This document shows, in pieces, positions 1 through 13,235 of a stretch of 64,000 nucleotides of DNA. Numbering within the stretch: the stretch's first letter is position 1; the number at the start of each line of letters is the position of its first letter. The stretch covers positions 38,316,001 to 38,380,000 of the forward strand of contig OZ024745.1 of assembly GCA_964016885.1 (NCBI GenBank), read 5' to 3'. Under the pieces are notes generated by a model. It was not told the origin of the DNA and ran no database searches. It worked only from the letters and a program-made list of their open reading frames with translations. The translations under genes were made by a program, and so were the position numbers. The stretch is from Eledone cirrhosa (Eukaryota).

Positions 1-204
1 GAGTTAGGCTTACAATAACAAAGTCGGGAGTTCGATTCCTGCACTGGATTGTATCTTGTTCAGTGGGGAATTCGCTACGCCCAATAACTTTACCACGGCA
101 TCGGCCTGATGAGCCATCAGTCTCGAGACAGACTTGAGACTCTACACATACATACACAAACACAGACACGCACAAAACCACACACGCGTAAATATATATT
201 TATT

Positions 205-240
<36 letters not shown>

Positions 241-241
<1 letters not shown>

Positions 242-421
242 TTCACAAAACTTATGTTCATCGATTTCAGGGACATGACTCCTTCTTCCTCCCGTTTGAC
301 CTGAGCAAAATTCTTTCCTCACTTACATTTCGACCAGGTCGGATGGTCTTTATTCTATCTCGTCTACGATTTCACAGAACTTCTGTTCATCGATTTCAGG
401 GACTTGACTCCTTCTTCCTCA
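241..421. repeat. Direct repeat of ~50 bp (period ~129 bp) in a pyrimidine-rich pLTR-like fragment
   Basis: tttcacaaaacttatgttcatcgatttcagggacatgactccttcttcctc at 241 recurs with a few changes at ~370. Confidence 0.75.
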
Positions 422-638
422 CTTTTCGTTGCATTACCATCTTTGTTTGTTTACCGTCTCGCTCGTTCCCCCTATTTACGTGTCCCAACGACTTTCTTTA
501 GCCGTTGCTCGCACCAACGAGAGGTATATGGTCTTTAAAGCGATGAAATACCAATGAAGGCTGGAATATCACTGATAAAGGACTAAATTTATTCATATAT
601 ATATATATATATAAATAAATAAATAAATATATATATAT

Positions 639-2454
639 ATCAAACCGGCGGACAAGGGAGGCGCCGTAGTGGTATGGCGCGCGGACCTCTACATGGCCTA
701 AGCCCTCAGGCAGCTCCGTAACCCCCTCTTTTACCGCCCTCTACCCCCCGATCCCACCCCCGTCTACCAACAACAAGTCTCCTCCACCATCAAAGACCTT
801 ATCGCCTCCTCCCTCCTCCCCCCCCCCCCCCCACCGCTTCCCACCTCATCGTCCGCACCCCCCGACACCACACCATCTACTTCCTCCCCAAACTCCACAA
901 ACCCGACAACCCCGGCCGCCCCATCGTCTCCGCTTGCAACTGCCCCACCGAACTCATCTCCGCCTTTCTCGACTCCCTCCTCGGCCCCCTTGTCACCACC
1001 CTCCCCTCCCTAATCTCCGACACCAACCACGCCCTGCGCCTTTTCAACTCCTTCACCTACCTACCCGGCCCACAGGCCTTCCTCTTCACCCTAGACATCA
1101 AGTCCCTCTATACAGTCATCCCCCACGCCGACGGCCTTCGCGCCCTCAAACACTACCTCGACCTTCGCCCCTCCCCCATTCCCTCCACCCCACCCTCCTT
1201 CGCCTGGCCGAGCTGGTCCTCACCCTAAATTGTTTCTCCTTCTCGGGTGAGTTTTAACAACAGGTCACGGGGGTAGCCATGGGCACAAGAATGGGCCCGA
1301 ACTATGCCAACCTTTTTGTTGGCCATGTTGAGGCCCAAATATTTGCCCAGTACACCGGCCCCACACCCGAACTGTACGGTCGTTACATTGATAACTGTAT
1401 CGGAGCCACGACCCTCACCCGAGAACAGCTCGACTCCTTTCTCTCCTTCTTCTGCTCCTTCCACCCCTCCCTCCACTTCACCACCTCTATCTCCACCATC
1501 CACGTCCACTTCTTAGACATCTCCGTCGCCTTCGACCCCTCCCACCACTCCCTCGTCACCTCCGCCTTCTTCAAACCCACCGACTCCCACTCTTACCTCG
1601 ACTTCACCTCTTCCCACCCCACCCACACAAAACACTCCATTCCCTACTCCCAACTTCTCAGGATCCGCCGCCTCTGTAGCCGTGATGCTGACTTCGAGTC
1701 CCAGGCCCTTTCCCTAGTCAGCCATTTCATCCGCAGAGGTTACCCCCCCTCTCTCGTCTACACCGCTCTCACCCGCGCCCGTGCTGTCCCTCGCTCCACC
1801 ACCCTCACCCCACGCCACCACACACCCACCCACCGTCTCCCCTTCCCCATCACCTACCACCCCTCCACCTTACCCCTCCACCTTACCCCTCCACCGCACC
1901 ATCCGCCTTCTCTTCCGACGCCTCCAGTCCGACCCCTCCACCTCCCACATCTTCCCCCCCTTCAAACGCGCACGCAATCTCTGCACCCTCCTCGTCCACA
2001 GCTCCCTACCCCCCAACCCACGCTCTGTTTCCCCCCCGGTTCCTTTCCCTGTTCTAGGCCCCGCTGCAACACCTGTCCCGACATCACCAACACCACCACC
2101 TTCCAGGGTCCCAACGGCCACTCTCTCTCGGTCCGGCATGCCTTCCGCTGCACCTCCTCCAACCTAGTCTACGGACTTCGTTGCACGGAGTGCAGCGCGA
2201 CGTATGTCGGACAGACGGGACGTCGCCTGGCGGACCGAGTCACGGAGCACCTCCGGGATATTCGTCTCGGGGGCAGTTCCCCCATCGCCCGCCACTTTGG
2301 TGGCCCTGGACACTCCGCACGCCATCTCACAGTCTGTGGCCTACTCCAGTGCCACGGAACACCCGCCCATCGCCTTACGGTCGAACAACGAACTATCTTC
2401 ATCTTACAGACCCACACTCCCCCCGGCCTGAACTCTCCACCCTTATTCCTTTAG
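639..2454 (+). mobile_element. Penelope-like element (Neptune-type), 5'-truncated and disrupted RT + GIY-YIG endonuclease
   Basis: Starts directly after (TA)n with IKPADKGGAVVVW. Then LPKLHKPDNPGRPIVS, LDIKSLYT, GVAMGTRMGPNYANLF, YIDN (catalytic DD changed to DN), FLDI, SIPYSQLLRIRRLCS, Zn-knuckle CSRPRCNTC and GIY-YIG NLVYGLRC..YVGQTGRRLADRVTEH. Contains stops and frameshifts. Confidence 0.92.
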
Positions 2455-3130
2455 CGTTCGACCGCCCCCTCCCCCCACACTTATCCCCCACTAACACCAC
2501 TAACACACCCCTCCTTTTCACCGCCCACCCCACACTAACAATACTAACACCCCCACTCCACCCCTCATCTGACCACCCATCCTCAAGTAACATACTAACC
2601 TCCCTTCCCTCCCCTCTCTCCTCCTCCCCCCTCCTTATCACACGCACACACCCACCGGCACATATATACACGCGCTCACACTAAACACACACCCTACTAC
2701 CACCACTAACCCTCACCCCCACATCTCTCACCCCCAAACCTCCATCCCACCACCCAGCAACTAACCTCACTAACACCCCCTAACCCCAAGCACACGAACA
2801 CACGCACCCACTTACTCCACCCACCCCACACGCAACTAACATCACTAACACCCCCCAACCCCACAACACGTACCCACACACCCTCGTACACCACCAACTC
2901 TACACACCCTACCACCACTAACCCCCACTCACACCTGGATTCAACCCTTCCCACCTCCCGTATACTAACACCCACTAACACCCCTTCATCAAACTACACA
3001 CACACCAGTACACCACACTCCCTCCATAGAACTACACACACCCTTCTCTCCCCACTCCACCCACACGCTCGCTCCACACTCACTCATCCCACTAACACCT
3101 CTACTAATACACACACACACACCCTCCTCA
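2455..3130 (+). repeat. C/A-rich low-complexity tract with recurrent (C)ACTAAC motifs downstream of the PLE ORF
   Basis: More than 12 CACTAAC/ACTAAC/CCTAAC motifs in a nearly G-free tract. Confidence 0.7.
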
Positions 3131-3996
3131 CTCCAACTTTCACACCTACCCATCCTCGCCCCTTTACCATTCCACCGACTGCTGCTATGCCCTCTGACCA
3201 CCTCCCAGCACAATCAGACACACAGCACTCCCACTGCTTGACCACTTCCTGTTGCGCGCGCACCCCACATCTCTCCTCTTTCGACCATCTCTTCATGGAA
3301 TACTCGTATGTGGAACTTGACCACCACAGAATCCACTAAACATCATAGGATTTTACCAACTTTTCAACCATCCTCTTACGGAATCACCTATATAACTTAC
3401 CCACACACACCCCCCAAACAATTTTTTTCTAAATTCTTTGTAATATATATATTTGGGTGACAGCTATTATTGGCCGTGACCTCTTCAGGCAGGTCCGAAT
3501 TAGTGTAGAAATGGCGTGTATACATGTTGTTGAAGTGTGTTCCACTCTGTCAATACATCGATATGTTCATTTCCTGGGTGTGTTGATAGTCCTCCGAGGA
3601 ACTGGATTCATATGAGCTAGAATAAACGAATTTCAGCGTCAGAGGACACGCTCGTATCCCTTTGGTCAGTTGTCATACGACCCCCCAGTCGAAAGGCTAT
3701 AGACATTCTTCAGAGACAGGTCATTCTGTTACAGCTGACCTCCTTTACTGTGTTGGTAGTGTAGTGGTGTTAAGAGGTCAGCTAGCAGGTCAACCTTAGT
3801 ATGCTGCTGCTATGCTATTGTCTAAATAATTTATGTCTGTTGACTGGCATCTCTCCTGCCACCATTTCACGTGGTGGTGGATGCCAAACAAATAAAGCAT
3901 GCGTATGTGTTACAACCGATATAAAACATTTAGAAAAATATAAACTGAAATAAAAAAAACCTGTGTGTCAGAATCGAGAATTGTGAACAATTCTAA

Positions 3997-6900
3997 TTTC
4001 AGCATATAGTAAGTACGTGTAATTGTCCGTCAACGCACACCGTTGCGCGTGCACACGTATAAACACAGGCTGAGTGCATTCTCCTATTTACGTCCACACA
4101 GTCCAACAAATGAGGGGTGCGTTTTAAAAACAAATGAGGTAAAAGTGGAGTGAAAAATAAAATAACAAAAACCTGTGTGTCAAAATCCATAAATGTAAAG
4201 GAATATAATTCTTATTTCAGCATAAAGTACATATGCGCACATGTTCGTCAACGCACACCGTTGGAAGCACACACGCACAAAAACAGGCTCAGCTGCATTC
4301 CCATATTACGTCTACAGTCATACACGCGCATACATGTATGCATAAACACAATTCCGTATACGCCCCCATGTGGATACACACACACGGACACAGGGTCAAA
4401 AGTCATATATTGAGATGGGGAGAGGGGTAAGTAGTATTAATAGTGCGTCCTATTTACTTGTTGTATTTATCAGTGACTCATGAGTGCGAAGGGGTTCGAG
4501 CTCGAGGCAGGATATCCTCCGGGTATTCGGGTCACAAGCCGGGGTTGGGCGTTGGGCCCGCTAGTCGGAAACTTGGGGTGCCTGCTTTCACAGGGGATAG
4601 GACTCCAGTGACTTACTTCGTCTATTTATAGCATAGTGTGTCAGCTAACTTGAGTTCTGGTCAAGGAAGTGAGAGAGAGGTATTGACCACAGCGGTGTGA
4701 GGCATGGTTTTAGCTGCTAGGTAGGTGTGTTTTATAGGAGTCAATCGAGGCGGGAGTAGGTGTGGGGATAGAGGCGGGTTTAGGGGGTGGTTTACCTTGG
4801 GCTCGGCTCGGTGTGACGGGGCTGTTGTTCCTATAGCTTGAGGGCAGTTCCCATCCCAATGGGTTGTTATCCTTATAGCTTGAGGAAGGTTCAGGCCCTG
4901 AGGTGCCAAAGAAGTCGGTTCTGAGGTTGATTAGGCTACTCCCACCACTGAGTATCACGAGGGTCTCGCTCAGACAGTGCTTGCAGATGCCAGATCCTCC
5001 TCTATCAGGTGGCACTTTCCTGATTTGGGACCAGGCTAGAGAGTACGGGGTCCTGTCCAGCTTGAGCTTCCAGATCAGTTCGGAAAGAACCGTACTTTTC
5101 ACTTTGCCCTCCCTATTAAAGGAATGGCGATGGTTATACTATGTGTCTTTGAAGCTCGTTGATGTGGCTCCTATGTAAAGGTGCTCAGAGTTGGGTTTTT
5201 TTTATTCTACATCCCTATATACTAAGTTCTTCATTAGGCATTCATTACTAAGGTGGCATAATGTGGGGGTTCTGCAGTTTCAGGAGGTCGTCGACCCCAG
5301 AATGCCTATCGTGGGTTTCCCGTTGCGTAGTATAGGGTGGTCTGGCCCTGAGCCCGGTGGGGTGGGGGTATGTTTGGGTTCCAGGGTAGGTTCCGGGTCA
5401 ACCATACCTTCCCTCCACATGGCTCTGCTGGGTGCCTATATTGTCAGCTGCTGGCTTTGTGTAGTTTCTAAGTCTACTCCCATTGATGATAGCTATGTGC
5501 TGGGCTACGTTGTGCGTGGTAGAATACGAGAGCTTCACCATGTGTCTGTTGAAGATTTTGTGGTATCTGTGGTCCCTCGGGAAACATTTATCTAGTGCCC
5601 TAAAAATGACCAGGACAGGCTGGTCTTCAGGCCCGCTGAGTAGGGTGGGTTGTACTACGTAATTTTTATTATTCTATTCCTATGTGGGTGGGTTGAACGC
5701 GCTGTGGGCTGTTGTTGGGTTGCTACTGGTCCCCGCATTGTTGCTTCCCCTTTGGGCACTATGTATTTTGTTAGCTTTTCGGTCCTTACCTGTGGGGTGG
5801 TGTGTACCCACGCTGAGAGTTCTACAGTGGGATTATCCCCCATCAGTCCCGCTTTGTGACTTGCGGTTGGAGGCGTAGAGCCCAGGGTGGTTAGTATCAC
5901 CCCTGAGACCGCCTAGCGTACTGGGTTTCGTCCCATGGCTAGGCGTACGCGTCTTTTTCGCTAATGTGGTGGTTCATAGGATGTAATGGCTTCCACTCTG
6001 CCTGCACTGTTAGGGTTCCCCCTCCAGGATACCGTGGGTCGGGAGGTCCGATGGGCTATCTCTATCATGGCGCCTCGAGTTGTAAGGTATAGTTTGCCCA
6101 TGAACCGCCGTATTTAGAGCTGCATTATAATATTCTGCGTTGCTATCGAAGATCTACATATTGGCGGACAGGTTGGAGATCCTATCCGAGAAACTCTTGA
6201 CTACCTTAATTATCGATCTAGGGTGGTTTGACTTTGCGTTAACATATACCAGTTTATCGTTGGGCTTGTGATAGGGGTAGTATTGCTCAGTGTTCAGATT
6301 TAGAGTGGTGTCTAGGAAGTTGACTACCTTTCAATTGGGGTCTAATTCAATACTGAGGCCATGATTCCTAAAGAACTCCCTAATTCGCCTCTTCAGTCTC
6401 TCCATCATAGTGGTGCTGTGTTCTTAGACCGTGAAGAGAGCATCGTCACGATATAATCCGCCGCCTAGGCAGGTGATTTCTTCTTTTATCTGCTTCAGCA
6501 TGAAGAGCCCAACAAGGTCCGTTACCTGCGCAGAGTCGCTGGAGCCCATCGCGATGTCAAAGTTATTTGGACAATCACTCCTGGTCCAAAAGTACCCACC
6601 GAAACGGATCAAGGTCTCTTGGGTGGCGTGGATGATGGCTACCACCTCGCGGGTTAGGTCTGTATTGGACATCGCTAAAATAAGAGCCTTATTAAGTACT
6701 ATGGCACCCCAAATTTCCGACCAGATGGCCCCAAAGCCTAACCCCGCCTTGTGACCCGAATATCCGGAGGATATCCTGACTCGAACCCGACCCCCTTCGT
6801 ACGCTTGAGTCAGTGATAAATACCACAAGTAAATAGGACGCGTCTATTAATAGTACTTACCCCACTCCCCTACTCCAGAAGTGACTTTTGACCCTCTGTC

Positions 6901-7270
6901 CGCGTGTGTGTATGCGTGCATGTATGCGTGTGTACGACTGTGTAGACGTAATATGGGAATGCACCTGAGCCCGTGTTTGTGCGTGTGTGCTTGCAACGGT
7001 GTGCGTTGACGAACAACTACGTATATGTACTTTATGCTGAAATAAGAATTGTAATCCTTTACAGTTCTGGATTTTGACAGACAGGTGTTTGGTATTTTAA
7101 TTTTCACTCCACTGTTACCTCATTTGTTTTTAAAACGCACTCATCTTTTGTTAGACTGTGTGGACGTAAACAGGTGAATGCACTGAGCCTGTATTTATAC
7201 GTGTGCACGCGCAACGGTGTGAGTTGACGGACAACCACACGTACGTACTCTATGCTAAAGTAAGAATTGT
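3997..7270 (-). mobile_element. Penelope-like element (Hydra-clade-like), decayed, with ~570-bp inverted pseudo-LTRs (3997-4578 / 6708-7270)
   Basis: Minus strand reads FDIAMGSSDSAQVTDLVGL, GGGLYRDDAL, NFLDTTLNL, YNPPYS, HRYHKIFNRHMVKLSYS, *NCRTPTLC..NECLMKNLVY, YIGATSTSFK, LSELIWKLK, CKHCLSE (about 4900-6600). The flanks are reverse complements of each other. Confidence 0.88.
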
Positions 7271-7475
7271 AATACTTTACATTGCCTGACTCAATTTGAA
7301 GTAATAAATCAATAAAAATAACAAACCTATATCGAGCAAAAGCCTTTGATACCCAGGCAGACTTAAATCTGTTTCGCAAGAATTATTAAGTGAAATCCAC
7401 TATTTCCGTGCTCTTTAGTAACGAACTTGGTCCTTTGCAGTTGGAATACATGTATTCTTATATCTGTGTTCATCT

Positions 7476-7664
<189 letters not shown>

Positions 7665-8001
7665 CTTTAGGTCGTTTGGAAGCCTCAACAATGCAGATGA
7701 GTAATTCTCCGGGTAACAAGATCCGGTGGTGGAGAGAGAGATGTAAGTGAATGTAAATTGAGATGTATAGTGTGTAGAAGAACGTAAGAAAGAGCGTAAC
7801 AAAAAAAATAATAACACGAGATAGAGTTACCTTGGGAGAGATTTAATTGTCCCTATATATTTCGGATTCACATCCACAAATGTTTTTTTTCGGGGTAGAG
7901 GTGGGATAGGTTGTCTGTCGGAAGGGTGCGAAACGTGTCCTCCACTGTTTGTTGTTTTGCATATTCAAAACAACGAACAGCGGAGGACACGTGTGTGTGT
8001 A

Positions 8002-8041
<40 letters not shown>

Positions 8042-8055
8042 CGCGTGCGTTTGTG

Positions 8056-8110
<55 letters not shown>

Positions 8111-8573
8111 CGACTAAAAAGGCATCCTCACCAACCTTGCTTGGTGAGGATGATCTTATTTGGACACACTGCGGGATGAAATACAAGTCCCGCCAAAGGG
8201 CGGAGGAACTCCGCAGAGTCAACGGTAATCCAAATAGTACTTTTTTTCTTCTTTTCTATGGTAGAGAAAGGTCCCAGTTTTTGTCATACCTTTCTAAGAG
8301 AGGGATACTCTGAAAACAAAAACAAAAATAAAAACCTGCGACTTAGAAAGCATTCGATGATGTTGACCATTTCTCCTTTTCGGTTAATGTTTTCAATGCT
8401 CAGAGAGTGAAATAGGTCGAGTGCAAGAACTTTCCCCACATTAAAAATCTTGAAACCACAGGCATTGCTTGTTCAGGATCTGTTACATGTTCCTGTGGCT
8501 GGCCGCAGCCTAACTAAAAGTGCACGATTTTTTGTAATCTGACAAGCGATTGCAATACTCTTAGCAGTTTGCA

Positions 8574-8683
<110 letters not shown>

Positions 8684-9157
8684 GCGAGCTGTGTGGTTGC
8701 ATTTAAGTATAAGTCACGAAGGGTGACCTGCCACTATAATTATCTCTTTCTCGTTTCCTCTTACTTTCACTTACTCCCTCTCTGCTAGTCACCCTCTCTC
8801 CGCTAGTTCACTTCCCCTCACGTCCGCCACTGTCAGCAGACTCATCTATCGCTCACACTGCTACATTGAAGACGTGTCTTTTTTTTTCTCGTCGAAACCG
8901 CCAGAACTCATGTTCGAAATGTGTTGTTGGCTTGATTTTTCCTCTCTTTTCGCTGCTTCACCCTTCGTGTCTGTTTACATTTTTTTCTCTCTCCCCGCTT
9001 TTTTTATGCCAATAACTTATTTGAGTTATTGATCGCCCAAGGCTGAGCTATATTGTCTCTAACGCCAAGAAATATCTATGATTCCTAGCAGACAACTGAT
9101 GATGGATACTGCCTTCTTTCGCTCGTAACTTTTATATATATATGTTTGTGTGTGTGT

Positions 9158-9212
<55 letters not shown>

Positions 9213-12160
9213 GTGTGTATATATTTTGTTTCTATCTTTCCTTATTTGTTTATTTCTGGAATGAGCCGGCTGCGTTCACACCTGCAGAATGATGTGCTTC
9301 ACCAGATCTAAACTCCCTCGACATGCAGTGAATCTCTGTGAAACCTCTATGATTCTAATATGAGTTAGGATACCATAATATCTATCGGCATGATATGGCA
9401 AGGGTGATTATAGAAATAGTAAGGTATTTTAAAGGAAGATAAAGATAAAAATGCCGTAAAGCCGAATGAAAGAAAGAAAGACAGAAAGAAAGAAAGAAAG
9501 AAAGAAATAAAGAAAGAAAGAAAGAAAGAAAGAAAAAAGCGCGGATAACATTTATCTTGCCAATTAATTATCTTTGGAAGTTTACTTGTTGTGCGCTCGT
9601 TTTTCTAGATGTTTATGGTCTGTGGAGAGTAATTTTCTTTCCAGTAAAGCCGAAGCATATGTACTATTAGCTCAATGCTACTTATGAGATGGAATATAAT
9701 AGGTAAGAACACTAATTTTAATGGGATAAGACAATATAGAATTAAGAATTATGTTCTATAATTAGAAATCTTATAATGTTATAATGGTGGCATTAAATAC
9801 ATTAAATGCATTAAAAATAAGATAAAAATATTTAAATATTTACGATATTAATATTACTGTATCTAGTGCACATGATATATGGACGTCGGCTGTATTAGAT
9901 ATAGAGAATAAACTGATGCCTGAAGTACATATAATTCTAAGTGAGGACATATCGGCTGAAAGGGAGACCTTGCCATCTCCAAGGGAGATTAATGAATTGA
10001 AAATTAGGCTTTTCGACATTACGTGATTATACTGTATCGAGACTGTGAATAGCGTTTTCAAAGCTAGATTACCACACACATAACAAATATGATTGTGAGT
10101 TTCAAGGTGATGAAGTGAGACCATGAAATAAGGTCTGATGAGGAGGAGGTATTCAAAAAGATTTATTTAATAGAAAATATATTGTCTAAACAATATTATT
10201 TACACTCTCAGCAATGTGAACAAAGATTCTCTAGAAATAAAGCTAAGCATTCATCATATGGTCTTCCCCCTTTTTCTGGAATATTTAAGGCAATGTCATC
10301 GATCCCATATCATATGAGATTTTGAGTTATCTGCACACAATTTTGCACAATCATGGCGTTTATGTGAAGACATTTGTTTGAGTGTTAAATTAACAGCAAC
10401 ACATAATCAGTTAGAATATTAAGCTATTTAACACTTAAACGATTACCTGCCAAGCTGTTTCTAGACATTCGCTCGTCTAATGATTTTAGAAGCCACACAC
10501 TCCGTAATACATGATCAATGCATTAATTCCATAGAAAACGAGCTATAACGACTAATTAAAAAGCAACGTGTTTTTTGTATTGTATTATTTCTGTAATAGT
10601 AGTCGCCCAATGTTAATGTTTTCCTTAATACATTTTATTTAAGTGAGGATGTATTGTGTATAGCTGGCTAATAGTTGAGAGCAGACAAGAATAAAAAAAA
10701 TAGAACAATACACGGGAATCAGAAAATAAAAACGGAAGACAAATTTGCGGATAAAATAAATCTTGTCAATTAATCAGCTTTGGTTGTTTCCTAGTAAATA
10801 GGTTGTGTGCTCGCCTTCCTATACTTCCATGATCGCTGGGTTTTTTTTCCTTTGAATTTGAGGTATTTATAATATGAGATTTAAAATTAAGTAAATTAAT
10901 TATAATAGAATTAAGACGATGTTGAATTAAGGATATATATAGATAACTGAAAAGAAAACAAATATCAGTTGGTACGAAGTGTATTGCATTCGACGACAAC
11001 ATAAAAATAAATAAATAAAGAACGTTGTCTTAGCATTGGTGTCACTAACAGATATGATGTGTAAACACTAGCGGCGGTAGATGTGAAAAAACTAATGGAT
11101 TGCCAGATTATGGTAATTGTAACTCACCTTAGTTCGTAGAGAAACCTTGCTATTTCGACATGAGATATAATGATTTCAAAATGAGATGTTACGACTTCTA
11201 AAGGAAAATAATAATTCGGAAATGTCATTAACAATATTATTTGAATAAATGTTTCAAGAGAGGAACTGGGAGGGGGGGGGGGTGATGAATTACATAAAAT
11301 GCTGATAAGATGGAGCCGAAAAATATGGTTTATGTGATAAATATATATAGCAAAACACCATTTATAGATTCATCTATGTGAACTTGCCTGAATAATTATA
11401 AGGTTTTTTATCAAGTAACGCAATAAGGCAAATATAGAACTCATGTTAAATCTTCAAGTAATTCAGTGTCTTCTTTGTATCACATCCAATTGACGTTGCA
11501 TATATAAACATTACCCAAACTACCACTGTACAAAGAATAAACAGAACCTTTCCTTAAAAATAATTTTGTGTAGCTGTTTAAGAAGCACCACTTTCAGATT
11601 TTATCATTTGTTTAAAAAAAAGAGCGTTTTTCTAATTCAGTTTTGACTTTTACATCGTATTCTTCAGCTAAGAAAATGTCCCTTCTCACTTTTTCTCTAT
11701 GATTATATACACTATATATTCAAGTTTAAATATATTTTAGGTTTGGTTTAAATGATATTAACTTCCTATGAAATCGGTATCTCATGAAAATATAACATGA
11801 TCTCATTTTGAAACAGTTATTCTCATTTTGAAGAGATATATGCTAATTCAGAATTACAAATACCACAGTTTAAGGGAAACATTTATTAAGATATATTATC
11901 AAATTTTTTAGAGGTCAAAGTAGAGATTATGTAACAGAATAATTAGAATCTAACGGAAAGAAAAGAAAAATGTCGCTATCAACAGATCTGCCAGAATATT
12001 ATCAAAATAATGTCTTATTGAGGCAGAGTATATGTTGGTGGACCGAAATAGAACCCAATCAATTTAACCGGTGCGACTGTCCAGCGCCCAATGACACTTT
12101 TGGATGACATGGACCTGCCTCTCTGGGTGCCAATGATAAGAAAAACATTATTATTAAGGT

Positions 12161-12243
12161 GTGACACGAGTTTCGTGATGGATCAGCTGAAGGTTCGATA
12201 TCTATCGAACGGACTCGACTCTCAAATCAAAATCTCATCAGAC
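12161..12243 (-). ncRNA. Degenerate type I hammerhead-like motif
   Basis: Minus strand: CTGATGA, a long stem II region, GAAA C TCGT G TC. Stem I is only about 2 bp. Confidence 0.4.
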
Positions 12244-12292
12244 TTCTGTTAGCTTTATTAATGTTGATTATCCAACAGTAGGTCCATTAGAC

Positions 12293-12361
<69 letters not shown>

Positions 12362-12410
12362 GTAACCATTTACGTGGTTTTGTCTTTGCGTGCTATTGTT
12401 CTCCACGCTC

Positions 12411-12612
12411 GGAGTAGGACCCTGACGGCTAAGCTTAAGCCGTTTCGACGGCTAATTCTGGACTAAATTTAGTCCAGAATTAGCCGTCGGAACGGCTTGA
12501 GCTCAGCCGTCGGGGTCCTACTCGTTCCTATTACCCACTCTACTACCCTAAGTATTGAGTACTTTGGTGCGTTATGGTCCATCTGGTTCCTTACCACCTT
12601 TCCTTCGTTATA
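12411..12612 (+). mobile_element. Fold-back pLTR fragment, family A (3' end of the 52771-56030 PLE pLTR)
   Basis: Palindrome centred at ~12468 (gacggctaattctggactaaa|tttagtccagaattagccgtc) ending ccttcgt-(TA)n. Related copies at ~27920-28155, 28510-28605, 48900-49037 and 61895-62056. Confidence 0.8.
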
Positions 12613-12616
12613 TATA

Positions 12617-13235
12617 TATTTATTAAAATAACAGATTAAAGTTTAAGCAAAGAATCGCTGCTTTCACACTTAACGGGGTCTTCTGAAACTAACAAAGTCA
12701 ATCTGTGAACGCAGAAGTGAATATATCAAAAATCGTTGCAACCGGGGGAAGACAGGAAGACGATACTTTGGTTGGTGGAAACGTTCCCTGGCAAAGAACG
12801 GGAAAAAACGAATATAATACGTCATTATTTGGAGCGGTGGATTGGCAGTATTGGGAGAGGGTCGGACGCCATGCTTTGACATATAGAGTTACGGCCCTTG
12901 CCATTCTGAGTTCAAATCCCGCCGAGGTTAACTTTGCCTTTCATCCTTACGGGGTCGATAAAATAAAGTTCCAGTAATGCACAATGTGCCAAACGTAGAA
13001 ACAATTATTTTGGAGCGGTGAAAAACAATTACACGCAAAGACAAAACCACGTTTATGGTATAAAAGAAGTCGTAGACTAATATTCTATTAGGTGGTTCAT
13101 AGAGACGTTCTCTGGCAATGAATGGAAAAAACGAAGATAATACGTCATATGTGGAGCGTGGAGAACAATTGCACGCAAAGACAAAACCACGTAAATGGTA
13201 TAACTGAAGTCGTAGACTAAAAATCTAACTAGGAA
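12617..13235 (-). mobile_element. Non-coding (TA)n-associated pLTR-like element, family B, interrupted by a SINE
   Basis: ttattaaaataacagattaaagtttaagcaaagaatcgctg recurs at 16346, 24940, 28243 (as a palindrome) and partly at 31908. Contains an internal ~140-bp tandem duplication. Confidence 0.8.
12834..13009 (+). mobile_element. tRNA-derived SINE
   Basis: A-box-like TGGCAGTATTGG, B-box GAGTTCAAATCC, core GCCTTTCATCCTTACGGGGTCGATAAAATAAAGT, ATT tail. Confidence 0.88.

Noticed and set aside
100-140. CTGATGAG and similar CTGANGA hits at ~3485 (-), 10135, 16207, 17237 and 38765
   Set aside because: GAAA or the required stems are missing or mis-spaced; too degenerate to call.
1279-2454. 391-aa ORF as a functional gene
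   Set aside because: It is a truncated PLE with YIDN, upstream stops and an out-of-frame middle section.
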